A stretch of DNA of 64,000 nt from an uncultured Actinomycetota bacterium (GTDB lineage Bacteria > Actinomycetota > Acidimicrobiia > Acidimicrobiales > RAAP-2), in NCBI GenBank assembly GCA_963770505.1, contig CAVYPR010000002.1, positions 36,902 to 100,901 on the forward strand, read 5' to 3'. Shown here piece by piece: positions 9,793-21,624 of this stretch (positions are counted from its first letter, which is position 1; every line of letters starts with the position of its first letter). A program made the translations under genes and the position numbers. The notes under the pieces are model-generated. The model was not told the DNA's origin. It made no database searches and worked only from the letters and a program-made list of their open reading frames with translations.

Positions 9793-11117
9793 GGCCGACC
9801 TCGGCGGGGCCGCCGCCGGGGCCACCAACGCCGAGTGGTTCGCCCGGGCGCCGCGCGGTCGATCCCCGGCGGGGTCGACTCCCCGGTCCGGTCGTTCGCC
9901 TCGGTCGGCGGGGTCCCCTTCACCGTGCGTGCGGGGCGAGGGGCCCTTCGTCTTCGACGTCGAGGGCACGCCGCTACCTCGACCTCGTCCAGTCCTACGG
10001 GGCGGTCCTGCTCGGCCACGCCCACCGGGCGGTGACCGAGGCGGTGCGCCGGGCCGCCGGCTCGGGCACCACCTTCGGCATGCCCACCCCCGGCGAGGTG
10101 CTCCTGGCCGAGGCGATCTGCGAGCGGGTGCCCGGGTGCGAGCAGGTCCGCCTGGTCTCCTCGGGCACCGAGGCGGCCATGAGCGCCGTGCGCCTCGCCC
10201 GGGGGGCCACCGGGCGGGACCGGGTGGTGAAGTTCGCCGGCTGCTACCACGGCCACGCCGACGGCCTCCTGGCCGGCGGGGGCAGCGGGGTGGCGACGCT
10301 CGGGTTGCCCGGCTCGGCCGGCGTGCCGGCCGGGGCGGTGGCCGACACCGTGGTGGCGCCCTACAACGTGGTCCCCGAGCTCGACCGGTCGGTGGCCTGC
10401 GTGATCGTCGAGCCGGTGGCGGCCAACATGAACCTGGTGGCCCCGGCCGAGGGGTTCTTGGAGGGGCTGCGCGCCGCCTGCGACGCCGTGGGGGCGCTGC
10501 TCGTCTTCGACGAGGTGATCACGGGGTTCCGCCTCGGCCCCGGCGGGGCCGCCGCCCGCTACGGCGTCACGCCCGACCTGTGGTGCTTCGGCAAGGTGAT
10601 CGGCGGGCGGCCTGCCGGTGGGGGCCTTCGGCGGGCGGGCCGAGGTGCTCGTCGGCGCTGGCCCCGAGCGGGCCGGTGTACCAGGCCGGGACCCTCTCGG
10701 GGAACCCGCTGGCCACGGCGGCCGGCCTGGCGGTGCTCTCCCACGTGACCGAGGCCGACTACGAGGACCTCTCCAACCGGGCCGCGGTCTTCGCCGGGGC
10801 CCTGGCCCGGGCGGTGTCGGCGGGCGGGCTGCCCGCCTCGGCGCGGGCCGTGGGCCCGCTGGTCGGCCTCTACGTGGGCGTGCCCGGCGCGACGGCCGCC
10901 CCGCCGAGCGACTACGACGGGGCCGCCGCCCTGGCCGGCAACGGGGCCTACCCCCGGCTCTTCCACGCCCTCCTGCGCCGCGGGGTGGCGCTCGCCCCCG
11001 GGGCCTACGAGGTCCTCTTCCCCGGGATGTCCCACGGCGAGCGCGGAGCTCGACCGGGTCGTCGAGGTGGCGGGCGAGGCGGCGGCCGAGGTGGCCGCCG
11101 GCTGGGAGGGAGGGTGA
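9785..11117 (+). CDS. hemL: glutamate-1-semialdehyde 2,1-aminomutase (about 6 frame switches in this assembly)
   Basis: HemL segments appear in alternating frames. They include [54 protein letters not shown]...[17 protein letters not shown]...DEVITGFR...[36 protein letters not shown] and [17 protein letters not shown]. Frame switches lie near 9850, 9935, 9970, 10605, 10648 and 11041. Confidence 0.85.
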
Positions 11118-11142
11118 GCCGGCGCCCCCGGTGCCGCGGCGG

Positions 11143-12536
11143 TCAGGCCGCGGGCGTCGGGTCGTCGAGCCCGGGCACCAGGCGGGCCGCGGCCACCATG
11201 GCGCGGTAGGCGACCTCGGCCGGGCCGGGGAGGTCGGGGCGCATGAGGTTGGCCATGATCCGCAGCAGCTCGCCCATGAGCAGCTCGGAGCGCAGGCCCC
11301 CGCCGACGCAGAGCCGCATGACCTCGGGGTGGCTGATCACCCGCACGAAGGCCCGGGCCACCTCGTAGTAGGGGCCGTAGGCGTCGGCCAGGTGCTGCTC
11401 GTAGGCGAGGAGGGCCGCCGGCCCGCCGCCCGACAGCGACTCGCCGACGAACGCCGCGGCCAGCCTGCCGGTCTCGTAGCCGTAGGCGATGCCCTCGCCG
11501 TTGAACGGGTTGATCGAGCCCCCGGCGTCGCCCACCACCACCACGTTGGGGCCGGCGTGGGGGCCGACGGCCAGGCCCATGGGCAGCTTCCCCCCGGTGG
11601 GCGGGCCGCAGCAGGTCTCGGGCGAGAGCTCCCAGCGCTCCGGGGCCCACTTGACGAAGGCGTCCATCAGCCGAGAGGTGTTGACGCCCTTCCACCGCGG
11701 TCGGTGGAGAGCAGCCCCACGCCCACGTTCACCCGGCCGTCGCCCATGGGGAAGATCCACCCGTAGCCGGGGACCACCTCGCCCTCGGCGTCGCGGATGT
11801 CGAGGTGCGACTCGATGAAGGTGTCGTCGTGGCCCGGGGAGCGGTAGTAGCCGCGCAGGGCCATGCCCATGGGCTGGCTGCGTTCCCGGCTGGTCCCGAG
11901 GGCCCGGCCGAAGCGCGAGTTGGACCCGTCGGCCACGACCACGCAGCGGGCCCGGAGCTCGCCCACCCGCCCGCTGTCGGTGTCGCGCACCTCCGCGCCC
12001 AGGCAGACGGGCAGGCCGTCGTCGCCACCGCCGTCCTCGAGCAGCGGTCGGACGGCCTCGGTGCCCTGGAGGACCGCCGCCCCGGCCTTGGCCGCCCGCT
12101 CGGCCACCAGCCCGTCGAGGTCGTGGCGGGTGACGGTGTAGCCGTAGGGGGGAAAGGCGGGGTGGGCGGGCCAGGGCATCTCCACCGTCTGCCCGAACCC
12201 GTGGGCCCGCAGCCCGGTGAACCGGTGGGCCCCGGCCAGCGCCCCCTCGAGCCCCATGTCGGCCAGCTGGCGGACGGCCCTCGGCGTCAGCCCGTCCCCG
12301 CAGGTCTTCTCCCGGGGGAAGTGCTTCTTCTCGGCCACCACCACGTCCCAGCCGGCGTCGGCCAGCCAGTAGGCGCAGGCGGACCCGCCGGGGCCCCCGC
12401 CGACCACCAGCACGTCGTGGACCACGCCGTCGTCGATGCCGACCGCCGCCGGGTGCCCGGTGCCCGGTGCCGCCGCCGAGGGGGCGGTCCCGGCGTTGGG
12501 CGCGCTCGCCGGCTCGGGGTGCGGGGGGTCGGCCAC
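11143..12536 (-). CDS. geranylgeranyl reductase family FAD-dependent oxidoreductase (frame broken near 11695)
   Basis: DVLVVGGGPGGSACAYWLADAG...EKTCGDGLTPRAV...VVVADGSNSRF...GWIFPMGDGRVNVGVG in one frame, then WKGVNTSRLMDAF...VVGDAGGSINPFNGEGIAYG in another. The GTG 12536 start is provisional. Confidence 0.8.
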
Positions 12537-12657
12537 GTCCAGATCGTAGGGCGCGCCCGGGGGTCGGGGCCCGCCGGTGCACGTCGCGCCGGTGCTCCTC
12601 GCGCCAGGGGTCCTCGATGTGCCAGGTGAAAGGGCGCCGTGGTAGAACCGCGACGCA

Positions 12658-13110
12658 GTGGACCAGTACATCCCCATCTTCCTGCTCGCCGCCCTCGGCG
12701 CCGTGTTCGCCGCCGTCTCCTTCGTCGCCTCCTCCCTGCTGGCGCCGCGCAAGCGACCGACCGCGTCGAAGATCGCACCCTACGAGTGCGGCATCGTCCC
12801 GGGGATCGAGGCGCCCGCCCGCTTCCCGGTCCGCTTCTACCTGGTGGCGATGATCTTCATCATCTTCGACATCGAGATCGTCTTCCTCTACCCCTGGGCG
12901 GTCGACTTCCACCAGCTCGGGGTCTTCGGGCTGGTGGAGGTGCTGGTCTTCGCGGTGGTGGTCTTCGTGGCCTTCTTGTACCTGGTCAGCAACGGCGCAC
13001 TCAGCTGGGGGCCGGTGCGCCGGTTGGAGCGGGGGATGCCGGCCCGCACCTCGGAGTCGACGATCACCCGCATCACCGCGGGCCCGGCGTCCCCGGACCG
13101 GGCCGCCTAG
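12658..13110 (+). CDS. nuoA: NADH-quinone oxidoreductase subunit A
   Basis: APYECG...FYLVAMIFIIFDIEIVFLYPWA. First gene of a 14-gene nuo operon. Confidence 0.9.
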   Translation: MDQYIPIFLLAALGAVFAAVSFVASSLLAPRKRPTASKIAPYECGIVPGIEAPARFPVRFYLVAMIFIIFDIEIVFLYPWAVDFHQLGVFGLVEVLVFAVVVFVAFLYLVSNGALSWGPVRRLERGMPARTSESTITRITAGPASPDRAA

Positions 13111-13119
13111 GGGCCGGTT

Positions 13120-13680
13120 GTGGGCCTCGAGGACCTCCAGCACAACTTCCTGACGGGCCGGGTCGAGGACCTGGTGAAGTGGGCCCGGCGCAACAGCGTG
13201 TGGCCGGCCACCTTCGGCCTGGCCTGCTGCGCCATCGAGATGATGTCGGTGGGCGCCGCCGACTACGACATCAGCCGCCTCGGCATGGAGGTGTTCCGGG
13301 CCTCCCCCCGCCAGGCCGACCTCATGATCGTGGCCGGCAGGGTCTCCCAGAAGATGGCCCCGGTGCTCCGACAGGTCTACGACCAGATGATGGAGCCCAA
13401 GTGGGTCATCTCGATGGGCGTGTGCGCCTCCACCGGGGGGATGTTCAACAACTACGCCATCGTCCAGGGGGTCGACCAGATCGTCCCCGTCGACGTCTAC
13501 GCACCGGGGTGCCCCCCCTCTCCCGAGACGCTGCTGCACGCCATCCTGACCCTCCACGAGAAGATCCGGACCGGCGAGATCACCCGGCGGCCGGCCCGCG
13601 AGGTCGCCGCCGAGCGCACCACGGGGTTCGTTCCCGAGGTGGCCGACGACGACACCGTGCGGGTGGCCACGCCCCGATGA
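13120..13680 (+). CDS. nuoB: NADH-quinone oxidoreductase subunit B
   Basis: [15 protein letters not shown]...[20 protein letters not shown]...[17 protein letters not shown]...[10 protein letters not shown]. Confidence 0.95.
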   Translation: MGLEDLQHNFLTGRVEDLVKWARRNSVWPATFGLACCAIEMMSVGAADYDISRLGMEVFRASPRQADLMIVAGRVSQKMAPVLRQVYDQMMEPKWVISMGVCASTGGMFNNYAIVQGVDQIVPVDVYAPGCPPSPETLLHAILTLHEKIRTGEITRRPAREVAAERTTGFVPEVADDDTVRVATPR

Positions 13681-14159
13681 CCGTCGCCCTCCCCGAGGTC
13701 CCGCGTGCGCCCGGGCGCCACGCCGACGAGGTGGCCTTCCCCCCGCGCCGGCGCTACCACGACCTGGTCGCCGCCTACCGCGACGGCGGTTTCGAGATGT
13801 GCGTCGACGTCTGCGGCGTCGACTACCTCACCCACCCCGGGCGCGAGCTGCCCGAGGGGGTGGCCGCCGAGCGGTTCGAGGTGGTGGTGAGCCTGCTTTC
13901 CCTCTCGGCCAAGCGCCGGGTGCGGGTGCGGGTCCAGGTCCCCGAGTCCGACCCCGTGGTGGACTCGCTGGTCGACCTCTACCCCGGGGCCGACGCCATG
14001 GAGCGGGAGACCTTCGACCTGGTGGGCATCGTCTTCTCCGGCCACCCCGACCTCACCCGGATCCTCATGCCCGAGGACTGGGAGGGGCACCCCCTGCGCA
14101 AGGACTACGGCGTGGGCAGGGTGCCGGTGCAGTTCAAAGGGGCGCCGGGTCCCCGATGA
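13677..14159 (+). CDS. nuoC: NADH-quinone oxidoreductase subunit C
   Basis: ATG 13677 overlaps the nuoB TGA (ATGA). [41 protein letters not shown]. Confidence 0.9.
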   Translation: MTVALPEVPRAPGRHADEVAFPPRRRYHDLVAAYRDGGFEMCVDVCGVDYLTHPGRELPEGVAAERFEVVVSLLSLSAKRRVRVRVQVPESDPVVDSLVDLYPGADAMERETFDLVGIVFSGHPDLTRILMPEDWEGHPLRKDYGVGRVPVQFKGAPGPR

Positions 14160-14205
14160 GCGAGGCCACCACCAGCACCGGCCGCCGCCGGGGGGCGAGC
14201 GGCCG

Positions 14206-15561
14206 ATGACCGACGACATGTTCGTGGGCGGCGTCCGCACCGCGGCCCGCGTGGCCGAGACGTCCGAGGGCGCCCAGGAGCTGGCCCCCCGCACGACGAC
14301 CAGCTCGGGCGAGCTCCGCCGCGAGGTGGGCGCCGTGCTCCGCCTGCCCGAGGGCGGGGTGCTCGACCCGTCGGACATCGACATCGAGCGGCGCGACGAC
14401 GAGACGATGATCATCAACATGGGCCCCCAGCACCCCTCCACCCACGGGGTGCTCCGCCTCATGCTCGAGCTCGACGGCGAGACGGTGCTGCGGACCAAGC
14501 CGGTCATCGGCTACCTCCACACCGGGATGGAGAAGACCGGCGAGGAGCTCACCTACGTCCAGGGGGCGACCAACGTCACCCGGATGGACTACCTCTCCCC
14601 GCTCAACAACGAGCTGGTCTTCTCCCTGGCCACCGAGGCCCTGTTGGGGGTGGAGCTCCCGCCGCGCGCCGTGTGGATCCGGATGCTCATGTCCGAGCTG
14701 CAGCGGGTCTCGTCCCACCTCATGTGGATGGCCACCAACGGGATGGACCTCGGGTCGACCTCCATGATGATCTACGGCTTCCGAGAGCGCGAGATGGTGC
14801 TCTCGTTCTTCGAGAAGACCACCGGCCTGCGGATGAACCACAACTACATCCGGCCGGGCGGGGTGGCGGCCGACCTGCCCGACGGCTGGGAGGACGACGT
14901 CTCGGTGATCTGCGAGACCGTCCTCGAGCGCACCTACGAGTACGACGAGCTGCTGACCGGCCAGCCGATCTTCCGCGAGCGCACCGAAGGCGTGGGCAAC
15001 CTCACGGCCGAAGAGGCGTTGGCCCTGTCGGCCACCGGCCCGATCCTGCGCTCGACCGGTGTGCCGTGGGACCTGCGGCGGGCCATGCCCTACCTCGCTT
15101 ACGACCAGGTGGCCTTCGACGTGGTCGTGGGCACCTACGGCGACAACTTCGACCGGTACTCCATCCGCCTGAACGAGATCCGCGAGTCGATCCGGATCGT
15201 CCGCCAGGTCCTCGAGCGCATGCCCCCCGGCGACTACCGGGTGCAGGACCGCAAGGTGACGCCGCCGCCGCGGGCGCGCATCGACGAGTCGATGGAGGCG
15301 CTCATCCACCACTTCAAGGTCTTCACCGAGGGGTTCCGGGTCCCCGAGGGGGAGGTCTACGTGGCCATCGAGTCGCCGAGGGGCGAGCTCGGCTGCTACC
15401 TGGTGTCCGACGGCACCTCCAAGCCCTACCGCATGCACATCCGCGGGCCCAGCTTCGTCAACCTGCAGACCGTCCCGGTGCTGCTGCGCGGGGGCATCAT
15501 CGCCGACGCCGTCGCCGTGGTCTCCTCGGTCGACCCGGTGATGGGCGAGGTGGACCGGTGA
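14206..15561 (+). CDS. nuoD: NADH-quinone oxidoreductase subunit D
   Basis: INMGPQHPSTHGVLRL...GYLHTGMEK...RMDY...IRPGGV...ESPRGELGCY...RGPSF. Intact 451 aa. Confidence 0.95.
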   Translation: MTDDMFVGGVRTAARVAETSEGAQELAPRTTTSSGELRREVGAVLRLPEGGVLDPSDIDIERRDDETMIINMGPQHPSTHGVLRLMLELDGETVLRTKPVIGYLHTGMEKTGEELTYVQGATNVTRMDYLSPLNNELVFSLATEALLGVELPPRAVWIRMLMSELQRVSSHLMWMATNGMDLGSTSMMIYGFREREMVLSFFEKTTGLRMNHNYIRPGGVAADLPDGWEDDVSVICETVLERTYEYDELLTGQPIFRERTEGVGNLTAEEALALSATGPILRSTGVPWDLRRAMPYLAYDQVAFDVVVGTYGDNFDRYSIRLNEIRESIRIVRQVLERMPPGDYRVQDRKVTPPPRARIDESMEALIHHFKVFTEGFRVPEGEVYVAIESPRGELGCYLVSDGTSKPYRMHIRGPSFVNLQTVPVLLRGGIIADAVAVVSSVDPVMGEVDR

Positions 15562-16175
15562 GCCACCTGGCGCCCGAGATCCGGGCCCGCGCCGTCGAGA
15601 CGATCGCCCTCTACCCCGAGCCCCGCTCGGCGCTGATCCCCCTCTGCCACCTGGCCCAGGAGCAGGACGGGTGGCTCCGGCCCGAGGCCATGGAGGAGAT
15701 CGCCGACCTGGTCGGGGTCACCGCCGCCGAGGTGCGCGGGACCGCCACCTTCTACGACATGCTGCACACCGAGCCGGTGGGGACCTACGTGGTGTCGCTC
15801 TGCACCAACATCGCCTGTCTGCTCGGCGGGGCCCTGGAGCTGCTCGACCACGCCCAGGAGCGCCTCGGGGTGGCCGTCGGGGGGACCACGGCCGACGGCG
15901 CCTTCACCCTCGAGGAGGCCGAGTGCCTGGCCGGCTGCGACAGGCCGCCGTGCGTCCAGGTGAACCACCGCTACACCTCGGCCCAGACCCCCGAGGCCTT
16001 CGACCGCCTGGTCGAGGACCTGCGGGCCGGCCGGCTGGCCGCCGAGGTGCCCGGGCACGGGACGCTGGTGCGGGTGCGCCGCTCGGTCGGGCTCGAGGCC
16101 GGGCGCGAGCGGGTGGCCGCCGAGCGTTCGGCGGCCAGGGCGGCGCGGCCCGCCGGGTCGGGGGCCACGTCGTGA
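15558..16175 (+). CDS. nuoE: NADH-quinone oxidoreductase subunit E
   Basis: GTGA overlap with nuoD. ALIPLCHLAQEQDGWL...GTATFYDML...VSLCTNIACLLGG...AECLAGCDRPPCVQVN. Confidence 0.9.
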   Translation: MSHLAPEIRARAVETIALYPEPRSALIPLCHLAQEQDGWLRPEAMEEIADLVGVTAAEVRGTATFYDMLHTEPVGTYVVSLCTNIACLLGGALELLDHAQERLGVAVGGTTADGAFTLEEAECLAGCDRPPCVQVNHRYTSAQTPEAFDRLVEDLRAGRLAAEVPGHGTLVRVRRSVGLEAGRERVAAERSAARAARPAGSGATS

Positions 16176-17490
16176 CGGTCACCGACGCCCCCCGCATCCT
16201 GACGTCGCGCCTGGGCCACGACGACTCGCACACCCTCGAGCGCTACCTGGCCACCGGCGGCTACGAGGGGCTGAGAAAGGCCCTCACCATGACCCCCGAG
16301 GCGGTGGCCGCCGAGGTCGACGCGGCCAGCCTGCTGGGCCGCGGCGGGGCCGGCTTCCCGGCGGGCCGCAAGTGGTCGATGCTGCGCCAGGACCCGGTGA
16401 CCTACCTCGTGGTGAACGGGGACGAGAGCGAGCCGGCCACGTTCAAGGACCACCTCCTGGTCGAGCGCGACCCCCACCAGCTGCTCGAGGGCGTGGTGAT
16501 CGCCGCCTACGCGCTGCAGGTCTCCCAGGCCTTCGTCTACCTCCGGGGCGAGTTCGCCCTCGGCCTCGAGCGGGTGCAGGCCGCCCTCAACGAGGCCTAC
16601 GCCCACGGGGCGGTGGGCGCCGACATCTTCGGCTCGGGCTTCTCCCTCGACGTCGTGGTCCACCCGGGCGCCGGCGCCTACATCTGCGGCGAGGAGACGG
16701 CCCTGCTCGAGTCGCTCGAGGGCAAGCGCGGCTTCCCCCGCATCAAGCCGCCGTACTTCCCGGCCTCGGTCGGCCTCTACGGTCAGCCGACGGTCGTGAA
16801 CAACGTCGAGACGATGTCCAACCTGCCGTGGATCGTGACCAACGGCGGGGCGGCCTTCGCCGCCCTGGGCGGTGGGCGCTCGGCCGGCACGCGGCTCTTC
16901 GCCCTCTCGGGCCACGTGCGAAACCCGGGGACCTACGAGGTGGAGATGGTGAAGACCACCTTCCGGGACCTGGTCTACGCGCCGGTGTTGGGCGGCGGCG
17001 TCCCCGGCGACCGCGAGGTCAAGGCGATCATCCCCGGGGGGGTCTCGGCCCCGTGGTTCGGCCCCGACAAGCTCGACCTCCCCCTCGGTCAGGACGAGGT
17101 GGCCGAGGCCGGCTCGATGCTGGGCTCGGGGGCCATCACGGTCATGGACTCGTCGACCTGCATGGTCCGGGCGGCCTGGCGGATCACCAAGTTCTTCTCG
17201 AGGGAGTCGTGCGGCCAGTGCACCCCCTGCCGGGAGGGATCCGGCTGGCTGGAGCGGGTGCTGTACCGCATCGAGCACGGGGGCGGGCGCGAGGAGGACC
17301 TCGACCTGCTCCTCGACGTGAGCGACAACATCTCCCCGGGGCTGCAATGGCCGCCGCAGCAGACGACGATCTGCGTGCTGGGCCCGTCCATCCCCTCCTC
17401 GATCATCTCGGCCGTCGCCATGTTCCGGGACGAGTTCCTCGTGCACGTGAAGGAAGGCCGCTGCCCCAGCGGGGAGGGCACGGTGGCTGA
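16172..17490 (+). CDS. nuoF: NADH-quinone oxidoreductase subunit F (3' end uncertain: no in-frame stop before nuoG)
   Basis: GRGGAGFPAGRKWS, NGDESEPATFKD, GAGAYICGEETALLESLEG and ESCGQCTPCREG. The GTGA start overlaps nuoE. The nuoF frame runs straight into nuoG, and the nearest TGA (17488-17490) is in another frame. Confidence 0.85.
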
Positions 17491-20332
17491 GAACCCCGCG
17501 GCCGAGGGGACCGAGGTCACCTTCACGCTCGACGGACGGCCCACCCCGGCCCACCCCGGGCGAGCTGCTCATCAGCGCGGCCGAGCGGGCCGGGACCTAC
17601 ATCCCACGGTTCTGCTACCACCCGCGCATGAAGCCGGTGGGCATGTGCCGCATGTGCCTGGTCGAGGTGAGCGGGCCGCGGGGGGCGACCCTCCAGCCGG
17701 CCTGCTTCATCGCCGCCACCGAGGGCATGGAGGTCGTCACCGACTCGGACAAGGTGAAGAAGGCGCAGGACGGGGTGCTCGAGTTCCTCCTCGTCAACCA
17801 CCCGCTGGACTGCCCGGTCTGCGACAAGGGCGGCGAGTGCCCGCTGCAGGACCAGACCCTCGCCTACGGCCCCGGCGAGAGCCGGTTCGTCGAGGAGAAG
17901 CGGCACTTCGCCAAGCCCGTCGCCATCTCCGACCTCGTGCTGTTGGACCGCGAGCGCTGCATCCAGTGCGCCCGCTGCACCCGCTTCGCCGAGGAGGTGG
18001 CCGGCGAGGCCCAGATCGACTTCGCCGGACGGGGGGAGCGGGTCGAGGTGGCCACCTTCCCCGGCGACCCGTTCTCCTCCTACTTCAGCGGGAACACCGT
18101 GCAGATCTGCCCGGTCGGCGCGCTCACCGCCACCCCCTACCGTTTCACCGCCCGCCCCTGGGACCTCGACCAGGTGGAGTCGACGTGCACCACCTGCGCG
18201 CTCGGGTGCCGGGTGGCGGTCCAGTCGTCGGCCAACCGGTTGACCCGGCTGCTCGGCATCGACAGCGACCCGGTCAACCAGGGATGGCTCTGCGACAAGG
18301 GCCGGTTCGTCTTCGAAGCGGTCAACGGCGACGAGGAGCCCGCCGGCCGCTCCGCCGCCCCGGCCGGTGCCCGGGCCGCCACCGCGTCGGCGCTGGAGGG
18401 GCGGTTCGCGGGCGAGGTGGCCGAGACCGGCCGCCTGGCGCCCGGACGGCTCACCGAGCCCCTGGTCCGCAAGGAGGGTGAGCTGGTGCCGGTGAGCTGG
18501 GCCGAGGCCCTGCGGGCGGCGGCCGACGGGCTCGAGGCGGCCCGGCGTGACGGGGGCCCCGAGGCGGTGGCCCTCATCGGCGGGGCGCGCTCGACCAACG
18601 AGGGCGCCTACGCCTGGGCCAAGCTGGCCAAGGCGGTCCTCGGCACCGACTCGGTGGACGCGCAGCTCGGTGACGGCCTGCCGGCCGACCTGGTGCTCTC
18701 CCTGCCCCGGGCCACCGTCGACGAGGCCGGCGCGGCCCGGGTGGTCGTGCTGCTGACCGGGGACGTGCGCGAGGAGCTGCCCGTCCTCTTCCTCCGCCTG
18801 CGGCGGGCGGCCCTCGACGGCGGCACGGCCCTGGTGGAGCTGGCCCCGCACCCGACCTCGCTCACCCCCTACGCCGCGGTCTCCCTCACCACCCGTCCCG
18901 GCGACGCCCCGCACCTGGCCCGGGCGATCGCCGGCGGCGACGCCGCCGCCGGCCCGCCGTCGCACCCCGAAGGCCCCGCCTTCGACCCCGAGGACCTGCG
19001 CCGGGCCAAGGCCCTCGTCGGCGGCTCGGGCGACGGCGTCGTGGTGGTGCTCGGGCGGCCCTCGCTGGCCGAGCACGAGGGGGTGGTGGCCGAGGCGGCG
19101 GCGGCACTGGCCGACGCGCTGCCCGGCGCCCGCTTCCTGCCGGCCCTGCGCCGGGGCAACGTGGTGGGCGCCCTCGACATGGGGCTGGCCCCCGGGCTCC
19201 TGCCCGGGCGGACCTCGCTGTCGGCGGGGGCCGGTTGGTTCGCGTCCGCCTGGGGATCGGTGCCGGCGGCGCCCGGACGGGGCGCGGCCGAGGCGCTGGC
19301 CTCGCTGGCCGGCGAGGCCGCGGGCGACGACGGGGGCGCACCCGGGCCCTCATCGCCCTGGGGGCGGACGTGGCCGACGACTTCTGCGACCGCGACCTCG
19401 CCCACCGGGCCCTCGGATCCGCCGACTTCGTGGTGGCCGTGGCCGGCCATCCCTCGGCCACCACCGAGCACGCCCATGTGGTCCTCCCCGCCGCGGTGGC
19501 CCACGAACGGCCGGGCACCACCACCAACGTCGAGGGGCGGGTGAGCCGGCTCGGGCAGAAGCTCGTCCCCCCGGGCCAGGCCTGGCCCGACTGGATGATC
19601 GCCGCCGCCCTGGCCGAGGAGCTCGGGGCCGACCTCGGGCTGGGGAGCCTCGCCGAGGTGTGGGAGGAGATCGAGCGCCTGGCCCCGGCCTACGCCGGCG
19701 TCACCGCGGCCGTGCTCGACGGCGAGACGGGACGCGACGGCGTGCTGGTCCCGTCCGACCCGGCCGGGCGCGCCTCGGCGCGGGCCCCCGAGCCGATCGA
19801 CCCGATGGCCCTGCCCGGCGTGGAGTCGGTGGAGCGCCAGGGGGCGCCGCCCCGGGTGGGGCAGGCCGAGGCCCCGGCGGTCGAAGAACCCCGTCCCGGG
19901 ACCGCCTCCGGCGGCCCCGCCCGGCCCCCGCTCCTCACGACGGCCCCGGTGGCGGCCTCGCCGCACGTCCCGTCGGTCGACAGCTACTCGCTGCGTCTGG
20001 TCTCGACGCGTCACCTCTACGACGCCGGGCGCGCCGTCAGCGCCTCGCCGTCGCTGGCCCCGCTGGTGGGCTGGGCGGTGGTCCGGGCCAACCCCTACGA
20101 CCTCGACCGGCTGGGCGTGGGGACCGGCGACCCGGTGCGGGTGCGCTCGGCCCGCGGCGCGCTCGTGCTGCCGGCCGAGGCCGACGCCGGGGTGCCCCGG
20201 GGGGTGGTCGCCGTGGGGTTCAACCTGCCGGCCACATCCGACGACCCGGCCGAGGCCACCACCAACGCCGCCGCCGCCCTGATCGACGCGGGGGCCGCGG
20301 TGAACGAGGTCCGTCTGGAGTCGGTCGGATGA
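17483..20332 (+). CDS. nuoG: NADH-quinone oxidoreductase subunit G (frame switches near 17560 and 19335)
   Basis: VTFTLDGRP..HPG / ELLISAAERAGTYIPRFCYHPRMKPVGMCRMCLVEV...NHPLDCPVCDKGGECPLQD...CIQCARCTRF...CPVGALT...CALGC. The C-terminal part, in a third frame, reads ALIALGADVADDF...ERPGTTTNVEGRV. Confidence 0.9.
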
Positions 20333-21624
20333 GCGGTCTTCTGGGCGCGGTGGTCACCACCCACGGTGACCCCCTCTACGCCAACGGCGTGGGCTGGTTC
20401 GTCTGGGTGGTCGACGCCATCGTCGTGTTGGTGGCCTTCGGCGTGCTCATGGTCTCGGTCATGCTCATGATCTGGTTCGAGCGCAAGGTCATCTCCGACA
20501 TGCAGAGCCGGATCGGCCCCAACCGGGCCGGGCCGTGGGGGATGCTCCAGACGCTGGCCGACGGCATCAAGCTGTTCTTCAAGGAGGACCTCCTCCCGGA
20601 CAAGGCGGACAACTTCGTCTTCAAGCTGGCGCCGTACCTGTCGCTCATACCGGCCCTGCTCATCTTCAGTGTGGTGCCGATCGGGGGGGTCATCCACATC
20701 GCCGGCCACACCGTCGAGCTGCAGGTGGCCGACCCGCCGATCGGCATCCTCCTGGTGCTGGCCATGTCGGCCATCGCCGTCTACGGGGTGATGCTGGCCG
20801 GCTGGTCCTCGGGGTCCAAGTACCCGCTGCTGGGGTCGGTCCGGGCCTCGGCCCAGATGATCTCCTACGAGGCGGCCATGGGCCTCACCATCGTCATGGT
20901 GGTGCTCGTCACCGGCTCGCTGTCCACCCGGGCGATCGTCGAGTCCCAGTCGACCAACTTCTGGGACTGGAACGTCATCCGTCTGGGCTTCGTGCCCTTC
21001 TTCCTGTTCTTCATCGCCATCACGGCCGAGCTCACCCGCCCGCCCTTCGACCTCACCGAGGCCGAGTCCGAGCTGGTCGGCGGGTTCCACACCGAGTACT
21101 CGTCGATCCGCTTCGCCCTGTTCTTCCTGGCCGAGTTCATGAACGTGATCACCATGTCGGCCATCGTCGTCACCCTCTTCTTCGGCGGGCCCGACGGGCC
21201 GGTGCCGCACATCCCGACCTTCAGCATCTGGTTCCCCATCGTCTGGTTCCTGGCCAAGGAGATGGTCTTCCTCTTCACCTACGTCTGGCTCCGGGCGGCC
21301 CTGCCGCGCTTGCGCTACGACCAGCTGATGACCTTGGGCTGGAAGTACTTGATCCCCCTCTCCCTCGGATGGCTCATGATCGTGGCCGGCTTCATCACCG
21401 ACGGCTGGTGGGGAGCGGGCATCGCCGTCGCCGCCGTCGCCCTCTCGGGCCTCTTGGTGCGGGCCTTCGCCATCGGCCGCGGCCGGGTGGCCGCCGAGCA
21501 GGCCGTGCTGCCCACGGTGGGCCGGCGGCTGGTGCCGCTCCCGGGGGGCGCGGCGGGCGAGGTGCCCCCGCCGCCGGCCGACGGCCCGGACGGGGCGGCT
21601 CCCGGTGAGGGGGCGCCACGGTGA
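20329..21624 (+). CDS. nuoH: NADH-quinone oxidoreductase subunit H (with a roughly 50-aa Pro/Gly/Ala-rich C-terminal tail)
   Basis: ATGA overlap with nuoG. ERKVISDMQSRIGPNRAGPWGMLQTLADGIKLFFKED...LAGWSSGSKYPLLGSVRASAQMISYE...PFDLTEAESELVGGFHTEYS. Confidence 0.95.
   Translation: MSGLLGAVVTTHGDPLYANGVGWFVWVVDAIVVLVAFGVLMVSVMLMIWFERKVISDMQSRIGPNRAGPWGMLQTLADGIKLFFKEDLLPDKADNFVFKLAPYLSLIPALLIFSVVPIGGVIHIAGHTVELQVADPPIGILLVLAMSAIAVYGVMLAGWSSGSKYPLLGSVRASAQMISYEAAMGLTIVMVVLVTGSLSTRAIVESQSTNFWDWNVIRLGFVPFFLFFIAITAELTRPPFDLTEAESELVGGFHTEYSSIRFALFFLAEFMNVITMSAIVVTLFFGGPDGPVPHIPTFSIWFPIVWFLAKEMVFLFTYVWLRAALPRLRYDQLMTLGWKYLIPLSLGWLMIVAGFITDGWWGAGIAVAAVALSGLLVRAFAIGRGRVAAEQAVLPTVGRRLVPLPGGAAGEVPPPPADGPDGAAPGEGAPR

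Noticed and set aside
9785-11117. Programmed ribosomal frameshifting or recoding as the explanation for the broken genes
   Set aside because: There are too many events (up to 6 in one gene) with both +1 and -1 directions. I saw no slippery heptamers or downstream structures. At least one event sits in a C7 homopolymer. Sequencing or assembly error is the more economical explanation.
4909-12657. Rex operator (TGTGAA-N-TTCACA type) upstream of rex, hemA, nuoA, ctaE or qcrC
   Set aside because: I found no such inverted repeat in those intergenic regions by eye. A degenerate site could be missed without a matrix search.
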